The notes under the pieces were generated by a model. That model was given only the letters and a program-made list of their open reading frames with translations, ran no database searches and was not told where the DNA came from. A DNA stretch of 64,000 nucleotides from positions 192,001 to 256,000 of the forward strand of contig CAVXKA010000002.1 in assembly GCA_963762255.1 (NCBI GenBank), in the 5' to 3' direction. The DNA comes from Candidatus Eiseniibacteriota bacterium. Its GTDB lineage: Bacteria; Eisenbacteria; RBG-16-71-46; JABDJR01. Both the position numbers and the translations under genes were made by a program. This document shows positions 11,103 through 21,092 of the stretch, piece after piece. Position 1 is the stretch's first letter. The number at the start of each line of letters is the position of its first letter.

Positions 11103-11360
11103 TCAGGGCTTGGCGGCGGCTTTGGCGCCCTTGGCCGAGCGAGCCTTGAGGCGGCTGGCGCGGGACTTCGGGATCACGCCCTTCCGGACGGCAACGTCCA
11201 GTTCGCGGTAGGTCGAGGGCAGCTCGCTCTGGGCGGCCGCGCCTTCGAGCCCGCGCTGCTTCTTCAACTGTTTACGGACGACCGACTTGACCCCCACATT
11301 GCGCTGGCGGGACTGCTCGTTCGTCTTGAGTCTCTTCGTGGCCGACTTGTGATGCGGCAT
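11103..11360 (-). CDS. rpsT: 30S ribosomal protein S20
   Basis: MPHHKSATKRLKTNEQSRQRN...KGVIPKSRASRLK; SD GGAGG. Confidence 0.95.
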   Translation of the reverse strand: MPHHKSATKRLKTNEQSRQRNVGVKSVVRKQLKKQRGLEGAAAQSELPSTYRELDVAVRKGVIPKSRASRLKARSAKGAKAAAKP

Positions 11361-11428
11361 CAATTCCTCCCTCACCGGACGGGCCCGCCGAGGCCCCGAG
11401 CGGGTCGGCTAGGCGAAATGAGCGCTGC

Positions 11429-11458
11429 AATTTAGCAGGGAACCGCGCCCACTGTCAA
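11429..11458 (-). promoter_or_regulatory. sigma70-type promoter of rpsT
   Basis: TTGACA-N18-TAAATT on minus strand, with TG upstream of the -10. Confidence 0.6.
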
Positions 11459-11544
11459 CGAAAGTCTCCGCCTACAGTTCCGCATGACGGCGCCGATACC
11501 TAGTGAGACGGATCGGTCCCCGGGTTGGGGACCGTGATCACCCT

Positions 11545-14475
11545 ATGGAGCATATGGAGCCGAAGTCTCCCGAGACACAGTCTCGAAACTCTCATAGTTC
11601 GTTGGAGAACCGCGCCCAGGATCCCCGGGAGGGGCTTGCCCGCCTTCTGGAGGAGTTGCGCGATGCCGTCTCCTGTGACAGCGCATGGGTGAGCCTCTCC
11701 GATGGCGACCCCGCGGGCCGTCCGGCACAGATCATGGTGGCGGCGGGCGAGGCTCCGGCGGACAACCGTCCCGGAGCCGCTCCCCACGGCGTCTTCGCCT
11801 CTCACGCGGCCTATCCGCTGGTGGAGCAGGGCAAGACGATCGCTCATCTCCATCTTGCGTGTCATCGCCCTGACGCCTTCAATCCGGCATCCGACGACCG
11901 CGCGCGGGCCAGCCTGAGCACCCTCGCCATCTTCGTCCAACACGCGCTTCTGCTCGGCTGGCACCAGCGGCAGTCGCGCTACCTCGGCATCGCGCGCGAG
12001 CTGATCGAGGATCTCGGCGGGTGCGGGCATCTGCGCGAGTGCGCGGAGCACCTCACGCACCGCATGGCCGATTTCCTCGATCTGGACCGCGCGATCCTCT
12101 ATCTCGCCAACGACGAGGGGACGTGGTTCACCTGCGAGGCGGTCCGGGAGCGCGAGGGGAGCGGCGACGAGGACGGTGGGCTCCTGCCCGGTTTCCGCAT
12201 CGATGAGGTGCCCGGCCTGCAGCCGCTGGTTTCGGGGCGCGTGGTCGACGGCCTGGACTTCGGCATCGGCGCTTCGCCCTGCACGGCCCTGTGCGACAAG
12301 CTCCGGCTTCGCGAGATGGGAGCCGGCGTTGCGGTGCCGATCGGCAAGGGAGATCGTCTGATTGGAGTCCTCTTCGCCCTGCGCCGGAATGTCTTCCCCG
12401 TCCTGGCCGCAGAGGAGCGGGAACCGATGTGCCTCCTGGGCCGTCAGGTCGCGCCCATCCTGCACAGCCATCAGGTGGTGGAGCGGCACGAGCGCGGGGC
12501 GCGAAACTTCGCCGAACTTCTCGACATGAGCCACGCCGTCTCGTCCACCAGCGATCTCACCAAGATCCCAGAGGTGATCGCCCATCGCGCCCGCGCGCTG
12601 TGCGAGGCCGACGAAGCCACGATCTTCCTTCTCGAGCCGGACGAGCAGACGCTCAAGCCGGTGGTATGCCTGAGCGAGTGGGCCGAGCAGATGCTCCAGG
12701 CCCGCATTCGTATCGGTCAGGGGCTGACCGGGACGGTGGCGGCGAGCCGCCGCGGCGAAGTCATCAACCACGCCGAGCTCGACCCGCGCTCGATCCAGGT
12801 CCCCGGCACGCCGCTCGAGCCCGAGGCCCTGCTTGCCGCGCCCCTCGTGTGCGCGAACAGACTCCTCGGGGTGCTCACCCTGCACAAGCTGGAAGGCCGT
12901 CTCTTCAAGGGGATGGACCTCGAGACCATCGAGATCTTCGCCAGCCAGGCCGCCATCGCCCTCGAGAACGCCCGCCTCATCGCCCGCATCCGCGAGGAGC
13001 GCACGCGCCTCGTGACCATGCTCCGCCAGATGGAGGAGGGGGTCGTGCTGGTGGACAAGGACGGGTGCGTGATTCTCGCCAACGATGCCGCGATCAGAAT
13101 GCTCGGGCTCTCCGAGCGCGATCCGATCGGCGCCAGCGTGCTCGAACTGCTGAACCGGCCCGACTTCGGGGTGGTACGCGCCGCGCTCGAGCGGATGCGG
13201 CACGAGGAGGAGCGGAACGTCACCCAGGAGTACGCGGTGCGCGGCCGGACCTACCTTTGCTCCATCACCGCGGTGCGCGCGGACGAGACGGTCCAGGGCG
13301 AGGGCGAGGTGATCCTGATCAAGGACATCAGCGAACTCAAGGAGATCGAGAACCAACTGCTGCAATCGAGCAAGATGTCGGCGGTGGGCCAGCTCGCGGC
13401 CGGCGTGGCGCACGAGTTCAACAACCTCATGGCCTCGGTCTACGGCTACGCCCAGTTCATGAAGCAGCACCCCGAGAATGCGGCGGTCGTCCAGAAGGGT
13501 GTGGAGGTCATCCTGCGTTCGTCGGAACGGGCTCGCGAGCTCACCACGAGTCTCCTCACGTTCAGCCGCCGACGTCCCGGGCGCCGCGAGCCGGTGGACG
13601 TGAACCAGATCCTCACCGACACGCTTCTCCTCCTCCATCGGCAGATGGAGAAGTCGGGAGTGCGCGTGGAGCGCAGCTCGGATCGCATTCCCCTCACCGT
13701 GGCCGATCCGGGCAAGCTCCAGGAAGTTCTGCTCAACATGCTGGTAAACGCCCAGCAGGCGATGCCCGAGGGGGGACACCTCCGCGTGACCAGCCGCGTC
13801 GAGGGCGCCAGCATCGAAATCCGCATCGAGGACGAGGGACTGGGCATCCCGCCGGAGAACCTGAGCCGCATCTTCGAACCGTTCTTCACCACCAAGGGGC
13901 CTCTGAGCGGCGCGAAACAGCCCGGCACCGGACTCGGCCTCTCGACGGCCTACAACCACATTCGCGATCACGGCGGCAGCATCCGAGCCACCAGCACGCC
14001 GGGGCAGGGCACCTGCTTCGTCGTCCAGTTGCCCATCCGAACGATCCACGAACAGCGCGAGGAGACGGCCGGCCCGCCCGCCCCGCGCAGCCTGGACATC
14101 ACCGGGCACGTGCTGGTCGCCGAAGACGACCCGACACTCAGCGGTCTCATTTCGGAGATCCTGGGAGGGCTCGGACACGAAGTGCACATCTGCGCGGAGG
14201 CAAGCCAGGTCCTGGCCCACATCGACGAGTCGACCCCCGACCTGCTGATCCTCAACCCCGCGCTGGCCTCGACCGAGGATGCCGACCTCCTCGGGACCCT
14301 GCGAGCCGCCGCCCCTCGGCTCCCGATCCTCATCGTCACCACGCGGGAAGCGGGGGACGCCGTCGAAGCGGGAGGGGATCCATGGCTCTACCGACTCAAC
14401 AAACCGTTCCGCAACCGCGACCTGATCAGCCTCGTCTCCAGGATTCTCGCCCAGAGCCTGCGCCGCGCCGGCTGA
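11545..14475 (+). CDS. Hybrid sensor histidine kinase (GAF-GAF-PAS-HisKA-HATPase-pseudo-receiver)
   Basis: H-box AHEFNN, N-box NAQQA, DEGLG, FEPFFTTK and GTGLGL; C-terminal REC fold VLVAEDD...PDLLILN...KPF; start codon uncertain. Confidence 0.88.
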   Translation: MEHMEPKSPETQSRNSHSSLENRAQDPREGLARLLEELRDAVSCDSAWVSLSDGDPAGRPAQIMVAAGEAPADNRPGAAPHGVFASHAAYPLVEQGKTIAHLHLACHRPDAFNPASDDRARASLSTLAIFVQHALLLGWHQRQSRYLGIARELIEDLGGCGHLRECAEHLTHRMADFLDLDRAILYLANDEGTWFTCEAVREREGSGDEDGGLLPGFRIDEVPGLQPLVSGRVVDGLDFGIGASPCTALCDKLRLREMGAGVAVPIGKGDRLIGVLFALRRNVFPVLAAEEREPMCLLGRQVAPILHSHQVVERHERGARNFAELLDMSHAVSSTSDLTKIPEVIAHRARALCEADEATIFLLEPDEQTLKPVVCLSEWAEQMLQARIRIGQGLTGTVAASRRGEVINHAELDPRSIQVPGTPLEPEALLAAPLVCANRLLGVLTLHKLEGRLFKGMDLETIEIFASQAAIALENARLIARIREERTRLVTMLRQMEEGVVLVDKDGCVILANDAAIRMLGLSERDPIGASVLELLNRPDFGVVRAALERMRHEEERNVTQEYAVRGRTYLCSITAVRADETVQGEGEVILIKDISELKEIENQLLQSSKMSAVGQLAAGVAHEFNNLMASVYGYAQFMKQHPENAAVVQKGVEVILRSSERARELTTSLLTFSRRRPGRREPVDVNQILTDTLLLLHRQMEKSGVRVERSSDRIPLTVADPGKLQEVLLNMLVNAQQAMPEGGHLRVTSRVEGASIEIRIEDEGLGIPPENLSRIFEPFFTTKGPLSGAKQPGTGLGLSTAYNHIRDHGGSIRATSTPGQGTCFVVQLPIRTIHEQREETAGPPAPRSLDITGHVLVAEDDPTLSGLISEILGGLGHEVHICAEASQVLAHIDESTPDLLILNPALASTEDADLLGTLRAAAPRLPILIVTTREAGDAVEAGGDPWLYRLNKPFRNRDLISLVSRILAQSLRRAG

Positions 14476-14588
14476 CGATTCCGGCCCCCGAACATTCCGA
14501 AAGCTAGGATCGGCCCAAGTCTTCCGGTATACTCTTTCGTCACATTCCGGGCCCCCTCATCGCCTGGAAACCGGGGGAAAGCGGCCGT

Positions 14589-16421
14589 ATGCCCGACCTG
14601 TCCGATAAGTTGGCCCATCTGCCCCGTCGTGCCGGCGTCTACCTGTTCAAGGACCGGCAAGGGCGAGTCCTCTACGTGGGCAAGGCGAAGCGCCTCGACC
14701 ACCGGGTGAGGTCGTATTTCGGCGCGGGGGGCGACAGCCACCCCAAGCAGGCCGCCCTCGTTCCACGCATCACCGATCTCGAGACGATCGTCACCGACTC
14801 CGAAGTCGAAGCGCTCCTCCTGGAGATGACCCTCATCAAGGAGAAGCGCCCCCCGTACAACATCCTTCTCAAGGACGACAAGCGCTTCCCCTTTCTCAAG
14901 ATCACCCTGGGGGAGGAATACCCCAAGGCGCTCATCACGCGGCGCACGCCGCGCGACGGGTCGCGCTACTTCGGTCCCTACACCGACGCCGGAGCACTGC
15001 GGCGCACGTTGAAAACCGTGCGCGCGATCTTTCCCATTCGCTCGTGCATGGGCCCCCGGCCGGGGCGGGGCCCGCACTACCGCGAGTGCCTGGACTTCCA
15101 CATCCAGCGTTGCGCGGCTCCCTGTATCGCGAAGGTCTCCGCGGAGGAGTACAGGCGGCTGGTGGATCGAATGATCCTCTTCCTGTCGGGGCACGGCGAC
15201 GAGGTCGTCTCCGCGGTGCGGCGCGACATGGACGAGGCGTCGGCTCGGCTCGACTTCGAGCGCGCAGCCATGCTACGCGATCGCATCCGCGGCGTGGAGC
15301 GCCTGATGCGGCGGCAGAAGATGCTGGACGTGCAGGAGCGCGATCTCGACGTGTTCGCGCTCGCGCGAGACGAGGACTCCGCCTTCGGAGCGGTGCTCCA
15401 GGTGCGCGGGGGGACCGTCCTCGGCAAGGAGCGGCGGCGCCTGCGCGGCACCGCCGGCCGGCCCGATGCCGAGGTGATGGCCGCGTTCCTCTCGCAGTAC
15501 TACCGCGACCTCGACAGCACACCGGGTGAAGTGCTCTCGGCGGTGGAGCCCGCCGACCGCGAGTTGCTGGAGCAATGGCTCAGCGCGAAGGCGGAGCGCG
15601 TCATCACGATCCGCGTGCCGCAGCGCGGGCGGTTCGCCGGCCTCGCCCGACTGGCCGAGGAGAATGCGCGGGTGGATCTGGAGGAGGCGCGCGGCGGGGG
15701 CACGCGCGGCGGCCTCGATCCCGCGGTGTATGCCCTGCAAAAAGCGCTGACCCTGGCGTCGCCGCCCATCCACATCGAAGGGTTCGACATCTCGAACATC
15801 CAGGGCGCTTACCCGGTGGCCTCGCTTGTGGTCTTCCGCAACGGCAGCCCGGCCAAGTCGGCCTACCGGCGATACCGGATGAACCACGCCGGCGGGCCCG
15901 ATGACTTCGCGATGATGGCGGAGGCGGTGGGACGCCGCGCCGCGCGCATCACCGCCGGCGAGTTCCCCGCTCCCGATCTCATCCTCATCGACGGCGGCAT
16001 CGGACAGGTGAACGCGGCGGTGACCGCGCTCGAGCAGGAAGGGCTCGACGGCGTGCCGGTAGTAGGCCTGGCCAAGCGCGAGGAAGAGATCGTCGTGCCG
16101 GGGTGCGCGGGTTCGCTGAAGCTGCCGCGCAGCGACGAGGGCCTCAAGCTTCTCATGCGATTGCGCGACGAGGCGCACCGCTTCGCCGTCCGCTACCATC
16201 GGGCTCGGCGCGCCAAGGGCGCCCTGGTCTCCCGTCTGGACGGCATCCCCGGCATCGGAGAGCGCCGCCGCACCGTGCTGCTCCACGCCTTCGGAAGCGT
16301 GGCGGGGATCGGCGAGGCCACGCTGGACGATCTCGCAGCCGTGCCCGGCATCGGACTCAAGGTCGCGCGCGCGATCCACGAGGCGCTGCACGAAGAGGGG
16401 AGGGACTCCGATGCCGCGTGA
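14589..16421 (+). CDS. uvrC: Excinuclease ABC subunit C
   Basis: GVYLFKD...YVGKAK GIY-YIG domain, FERAAMLRD, GFDISN, IDGGIGQ, RDEAHRFA and HhH motifs. Confidence 0.97.
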   Translation: MPDLSDKLAHLPRRAGVYLFKDRQGRVLYVGKAKRLDHRVRSYFGAGGDSHPKQAALVPRITDLETIVTDSEVEALLLEMTLIKEKRPPYNILLKDDKRFPFLKITLGEEYPKALITRRTPRDGSRYFGPYTDAGALRRTLKTVRAIFPIRSCMGPRPGRGPHYRECLDFHIQRCAAPCIAKVSAEEYRRLVDRMILFLSGHGDEVVSAVRRDMDEASARLDFERAAMLRDRIRGVERLMRRQKMLDVQERDLDVFALARDEDSAFGAVLQVRGGTVLGKERRRLRGTAGRPDAEVMAAFLSQYYRDLDSTPGEVLSAVEPADRELLEQWLSAKAERVITIRVPQRGRFAGLARLAEENARVDLEEARGGGTRGGLDPAVYALQKALTLASPPIHIEGFDISNIQGAYPVASLVVFRNGSPAKSAYRRYRMNHAGGPDDFAMMAEAVGRRAARITAGEFPAPDLILIDGGIGQVNAAVTALEQEGLDGVPVVGLAKREEEIVVPGCAGSLKLPRSDEGLKLLMRLRDEAHRFAVRYHRARRAKGALVSRLDGIPGIGERRRTVLLHAFGSVAGIGEATLDDLAAVPGIGLKVARAIHEALHEEGRDSDAA

Positions 16422-17397
16422 ACGCGGTCGCAGCGCTCTCGCCGAACCCGCAGCCAAGCCTCCGCTCCCGCGCGCGCTCGATGAAGCCCGCGAGGACTAC
16501 CTGAGCTACCTGCGCTACGAGCGCCGTCTCTCCGATCGCACCGTGGACGCCTACGCCGCCGATCTCCTCGGCTACATGACCTGGCTTCAAGCGCACGCCC
16601 GCTCCTCGCTCGCCGAGGTCGGCCGCGCCGACGTGGAAAGCTATCTCGGCGACGAGGGGGGACGCGGCCTCTCGGCGCGCACGCTCTCGCGGCGCCTCTC
16701 CTGCCTGCGGGGGTTCCATGCGTACCTTCAGCGGCGCCGGGCCGCGCTCACGGATCCCACCGACGGGCTCGATGCGCCTCGGCGGGGGCGGCGCCTGCCG
16801 CGCGTGCTGAGCGTGGACGAGGCGGTGAGGCTGGTGGGCGCGCCGAGCGGCGACGGGCCGTTGGCGCGGCGCGACCGGGCGCTGCTCGAACTCCTGTACG
16901 GCTCGGGCCTGCGCGTCTCCGAGGCGCTCGATCTCACCCCGGAGGGGTTGCGTCTTGCCGAGGGCTATCTGCGCGTGGTGGGCAAGGGGGACAAGGAGCG
17001 CGCCGTCCCGCTGACCGGGCCTTCCGTGCGCGCGCTCCGCACGTACCTCACCGAGGCCCGCCCGAGCCTGGTTCGGCGGCGCGATCCGGGAACGTTGTTC
17101 GTGAACGCTCGCGGCGGCCGGCTGAGTCGCATGGGCCTCTGGAAGATCCTGCGCGCGCACGCGCGCACGGCGGGGATCGGCGGCGACCTTCACCCGCACA
17201 TGCTGCGGCATTCGTTCGCCACCCATCTTCTCGAAGGGGGAGCCGATCTGCGCGTGGTGCAGGAACTCCTGGGCCACGCCTCGGTGACGACCACCGAGAT
17301 CTACACCCACGTGGACCGCGGGCAGCTCCGCGAGGTGCACCGCCTGTTTCATCCACGGGGTGGACGCGCCCGCGCGGCGCGGCGAGAAGAATCGTGA
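16411..17397 (+). CDS. xerD: Tyrosine recombinase XerD
   Basis: GLRVSE, GKGDKER, HMLRHSFATHLLEGGADLRVVQELLGH and TEIYTHV...FHPR. Confidence 0.87.
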   Translation: MPRERGRSALAEPAAKPPLPRALDEAREDYLSYLRYERRLSDRTVDAYAADLLGYMTWLQAHARSSLAEVGRADVESYLGDEGGRGLSARTLSRRLSCLRGFHAYLQRRRAALTDPTDGLDAPRRGRRLPRVLSVDEAVRLVGAPSGDGPLARRDRALLELLYGSGLRVSEALDLTPEGLRLAEGYLRVVGKGDKERAVPLTGPSVRALRTYLTEARPSLVRRRDPGTLFVNARGGRLSRMGLWKILRAHARTAGIGGDLHPHMLRHSFATHLLEGGADLRVVQELLGHASVTTTEIYTHVDRGQLREVHRLFHPRGGRARAARREES

Positions 17398-17436
17398 CGC
17401 CATGGTGACGTTTACCGGGCTTGAAAAGGAGACCGC

Positions 17437-18084
17437 ATGTACAGACTCATGAAGTCGGGGTTGCCGGTGCTGGCGGCGGCCGTGCTGCTGGCCGCGTCGG
17501 CCGGGGCTCAGACCCGGCTCGATCGGGAAGGCACGGTGGGCCTGAGCGCCTTCGGTGACTACGCGACCCTGACCGGGGAGTCGCGCTTCGGACTGGATTT
17601 CAAGTCGGGGGGCGGCTACGGGATCGACATCCGCTACACGCTCAACCCGCACTGGAGCCTCGGGCTCATGTTCCACAACCAGACCTATGGAGCGGTCAGG
17701 GACGTGAAGAGCGCGGGAGTGAACAAGCTTGTGTCCACCGAGGTGGTCGGCGAGGCCTACTACTACCGCGACCGTAACGTGGACGCCGCGCAGTACGTGG
17801 TGCTGGGCGTGGGGTTCTACCGCCCTGAGGTTCATTACGAGGACGAGGACATCCTCTTCCCCGGCGAAAACGTGATCCTGACCGCCGGGCTGGGGGTCGA
17901 GGTCTTCCTGCGCGAGAACTGGGGGCTCGATCTCAGCGCGCGGGGATTGGGCTATCTGGGCGATGGGATCGCCGACCAGGAGCGGGACGGCACCGTCGGC
18001 GACGGCACCCTGGTGACCGCGCAGGGAAGCTTCGCGTTGGGGCTTCAGGTGCAGGCCGGGATCATCTACTACCTCACGCGTTGA
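17437..18084 (+). CDS. Outer-membrane beta-barrel protein (OmpA-like/porin family)
   Basis: Signal peptide; alternating beta-strands; aromatic C-terminal strand QAGIIYY. Confidence 0.65.
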   Translation: MYRLMKSGLPVLAAAVLLAASAGAQTRLDREGTVGLSAFGDYATLTGESRFGLDFKSGGGYGIDIRYTLNPHWSLGLMFHNQTYGAVRDVKSAGVNKLVSTEVVGEAYYYRDRNVDAAQYVVLGVGFYRPEVHYEDEDILFPGENVILTAGLGVEVFLRENWGLDLSARGLGYLGDGIADQERDGTVGDGTLVTAQGSFALGLQVQAGIIYYLTR

Positions 18085-18098
18085 GGCGGGCGCACGGC

Positions 18099-20054
18099 AT
18101 GTCGGAGAAGCACACCTATCAAGTCGGGGACAAGGTCCACCACGTCGATTTCGGCGAGGGTCTCGTGGTGGAGATCCGCGACCGTCCCTTCTACGACATC
18201 CTGGAAGTGGTCTTCTCGTCGGGCGTAAAGCGGTTGAGCAGCATCCACCCTCAATTGCGCCCCAAGCCTCCAGAAGAGCCGGCGGCGGCCAGGCCGAGGC
18301 GCCGCCGCCGGGTGAAGATCTCCCCGGGTCCGGAGAACGGTTCGCGGCTGCCGTATCTCAAACTGGACCCCGGAGCCTGGACGCTCTTGCAGCGGATGAG
18401 CGACCAGGACGTGGAGCCGACCGAGGACTACCGCATCCTGCTCGACGCCGAGGAACTCAAGGGGCAGGGGGACTTCGACCACCTGATCGGTCTCGAGCAC
18501 CTGCCCGAAGTGCAGCAGCTCGAGTACCAGAAGCAGGCGTGCCTGCGCGCCCTGCGCGAGATGCGGGGACGAGGGCTTCTCGCCGACGAAGTGGGGCTGG
18601 GGAAGACCATCGAAGCAGGGCTGATTCTCAAGGAGTACCTGCTGCGCGGTCTCGTGCACCGCGCACTCGTGCTGGTGCCGGCCAGCTTGACCATCCAGTG
18701 GCGGGAAGAGCTGGCCAACAAGTTCGGCCTGGAGTTCACGATCGCGGGACGGCGGGGGGATTGGGCGGACCACCCGTTCCTCATCTGCTCCCTCGACACC
18801 GCCAAGACCACGCGGAATCGTGAGCGCCTGCTCACGCGCCCGTTCGACCTGGTGATCGTCGACGAGGCGCACCGGCTGCGCAATCACCAGACCCTGGCCT
18901 GGAAATTCGTGGCCGCGGTCAACAGCAAGTATCTGCTCCTGCTGACAGCCACCCCGGTGCAGAACGACCTGCGGGAACTCTACAACCTGGTGAACCTGCT
19001 TCGGCCCGGCACGTTGGGCACGTACCGCCGATTCCGCCGCGACTTCATGGTGCGCGGCGACAAGCGCCTGCCCAAGAACACCGCCGAGCTGTCCAAACTC
19101 CTTCGGCGGGTCATGATCCGCACCACCCGAGCCAAGACCAACATCAAGTTTCCACGTCGCACCGTCCACACGCGGCCGTTCCAACTCAGCGAGTCGGAAC
19201 GGGCTCTGTACGACGGAGTAACGGACTTCGTGCGCGATCGGCATCTCGACAGCGACCGCGCGCAGTTCCTGAAGTGGCATTTCGTCTCGATGGTGCTGCA
19301 GAAGGAGATCGGGAGCAGCACCCCGGCCGCCCACCACACCCTGGTCCGCGCGCGCCAGGACATCCGCTATCGCGCGCACTGGGATGCTCTCAACCATCTC
19401 TGCAAGCTCGGGGAGGCGGTGGACCGGCACGCCAAGCTTGACGGGCTCCTCGAGGTGCTCACCGGCGTCCCCGACAAGGCGATCGTGTTCACCCAATTCA
19501 AGTCCACGATGGAGTTCCTTTCGCAGCGGCTGCGGGGAGCGGGCTACTCCACCGTCACCTTCCACGGTGGAATGTCCTCCTCGGACAAGGAGGCGGCGAT
19601 CCGGGAGTTCCGGGGGCCCACCCGCATCCTCGTGAGCACCGAGGCGGGCGGCGAGGGGCGCAACCTCCACTTCTGCCGCACCGTGGTCAACTACGACCTC
19701 CCCTGGAACCCGATGAAGGTCGAGCAACGCATCGGCCGCGTGCACCGCCTCGGTCAGACCGGCGATATCGAGATCTTCAACTTCAGCACCGAGAACACGG
19801 TGGAGTCGCACGTGCTCGAGATCCTCCATCGCAAGATCAACATGTTCGAACTGGTCGTCGGGGAGATGGACATGATCCTCGGCGAGTTCAGCGACCGGCA
19901 TACGTTCGAGAACACGGTGTTCCAGATCTGGGCCGGGGCGCGCACCCGGCGTGACGTGGAGCGACGGTTCCGGGATCTCGGGGACCAGATGGCGATGAAC
20001 CGCCGCCGCTACGAGTCGATCAAGCAGCTCGACGAAGAGATCTTCGGTGGCTGA
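18099..20054 (+). CDS. SNF2-family helicase, YqhH-like, with N-terminal Tudor-like domain
   Basis: LLADEVGLGKTIEAGLILKEY, DEAH, TATP, STEAGGEGRNL and YDLPWNPMKVEQRIGRVHR; N-terminus YQVGDKVHHVDFGEGLVV. Confidence 0.9.
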   Translation: MSEKHTYQVGDKVHHVDFGEGLVVEIRDRPFYDILEVVFSSGVKRLSSIHPQLRPKPPEEPAAARPRRRRRVKISPGPENGSRLPYLKLDPGAWTLLQRMSDQDVEPTEDYRILLDAEELKGQGDFDHLIGLEHLPEVQQLEYQKQACLRALREMRGRGLLADEVGLGKTIEAGLILKEYLLRGLVHRALVLVPASLTIQWREELANKFGLEFTIAGRRGDWADHPFLICSLDTAKTTRNRERLLTRPFDLVIVDEAHRLRNHQTLAWKFVAAVNSKYLLLLTATPVQNDLRELYNLVNLLRPGTLGTYRRFRRDFMVRGDKRLPKNTAELSKLLRRVMIRTTRAKTNIKFPRRTVHTRPFQLSESERALYDGVTDFVRDRHLDSDRAQFLKWHFVSMVLQKEIGSSTPAAHHTLVRARQDIRYRAHWDALNHLCKLGEAVDRHAKLDGLLEVLTGVPDKAIVFTQFKSTMEFLSQRLRGAGYSTVTFHGGMSSSDKEAAIREFRGPTRILVSTEAGGEGRNLHFCRTVVNYDLPWNPMKVEQRIGRVHRLGQTGDIEIFNFSTENTVESHVLEILHRKINMFELVVGEMDMILGEFSDRHTFENTVFQIWAGARTRRDVERRFRDLGDQMAMNRRRYESIKQLDEEIFGG

Positions 20055-21021
20055 GCGCTCCGCCGCGCCGGGCGGCCGACACCGATGGATCTTCGAGGTC
20101 CTCGCCCGCTCCGGCGCCGTGTTGCAGGGGAGCGAGCGGGGTATCCATGCCTACCGGCTCGGGGATGGACTCTCCACGCTTCTCAAGCGCGACGAGCTGC
20201 GGATTACCTTCCGCCGCCGACTGGCGGGCCAGGCCGAGGTGGAGCTGGCCACCCCCGGGAGCTGGCTCCACGACCAGTTGATCCGGTACGCCCTGCGGCG
20301 GGGGAGGGTGACCCTCATGCACCTCCGCCCACGCGAGGATCTGGACCGGGCCGCCCTCCTGCGCGCGAGGCGGCGCGGAACTATTGAGCTATCGTCGCTT
20401 GAAGAAAAACGTTACGGCGTTCTTCTCATCTTCACGTTCAGCCTCTCGTACTACTCGGAACCTCCTGCAAACGAAGCCCTGACGGTCACCTACGACGTTC
20501 AGCGCGGGAAGGTCGTGCAGCGGCCGGTGGGCCGGAGATCCCTTTTCGAGGCCGAGAGCGAGCCCGCGGAGGGATTCCTGCCGGCGCCGGTGGTGGACGT
20601 CGCCGAGGCCTTCCACCACGCATGGGACGCCGTGCAGGACCATGTCGAGGCCCGGGTGGGGGAGATCCAGAAGACCGGCCAGCAGGGGCTCGATCGCGAG
20701 CTGACCACCGTGGAGCGCTATTACCGCCAGCTCATCGAGGAGGAGAAGTCCGTGCTCAAGGGGCGGGGGAGCCGCCGCGGACAGGACGAGAGCCGGCGAA
20801 AGATCGAACTCCTCAAGGTGGAGTGGGAACGTCGTGTGAAGGAGGAGACTGAGCGGCTCAAACCCCAGGTGGTGGCCGCATTGAGCGCCGTGGCCCAGGT
20901 TCGCACGCCGCTGGAGCGCTGGCGATGCCAGGGGGAGGCGGATGCCCCCGATCGCGAGATCTGGGTCGATCTGGCCCGAGCCGAGGCGTGGGAGATCGCG
21001 GGGGGCACTCCGGAGCGTTGA
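20047..21021 (+). CDS. YqhG-like partner protein of the SNF2 helicase
   Basis: Overlaps the helicase stop; ELATPGSWLHDQL motif and coiled-coil ELTTVERYY...E.ERRV.E pattern recalled from YqhG-like proteins. Confidence 0.6.
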   Translation: MAERSAAPGGRHRWIFEVLARSGAVLQGSERGIHAYRLGDGLSTLLKRDELRITFRRRLAGQAEVELATPGSWLHDQLIRYALRRGRVTLMHLRPREDLDRAALLRARRRGTIELSSLEEKRYGVLLIFTFSLSYYSEPPANEALTVTYDVQRGKVVQRPVGRRSLFEAESEPAEGFLPAPVVDVAEAFHHAWDAVQDHVEARVGEIQKTGQQGLDRELTTVERYYRQLIEEEKSVLKGRGSRRGQDESRRKIELLKVEWERRVKEETERLKPQVVAALSAVAQVRTPLERWRCQGEADAPDREIWVDLARAEAWEIAGGTPER

Positions 21022-21092
21022 TCCCCTCCGGGCTTTCATGGATAATGTTCCGTCCTTCATCGGTATGAGCGGGGCAGGAGGATCACAGGAAG

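Noticed and set aside
7192-17397. xerC/xerD as prophage or island integrases
   Set aside because: They have Xer size and motifs, sit in housekeeping operons and have no phage genes nearby
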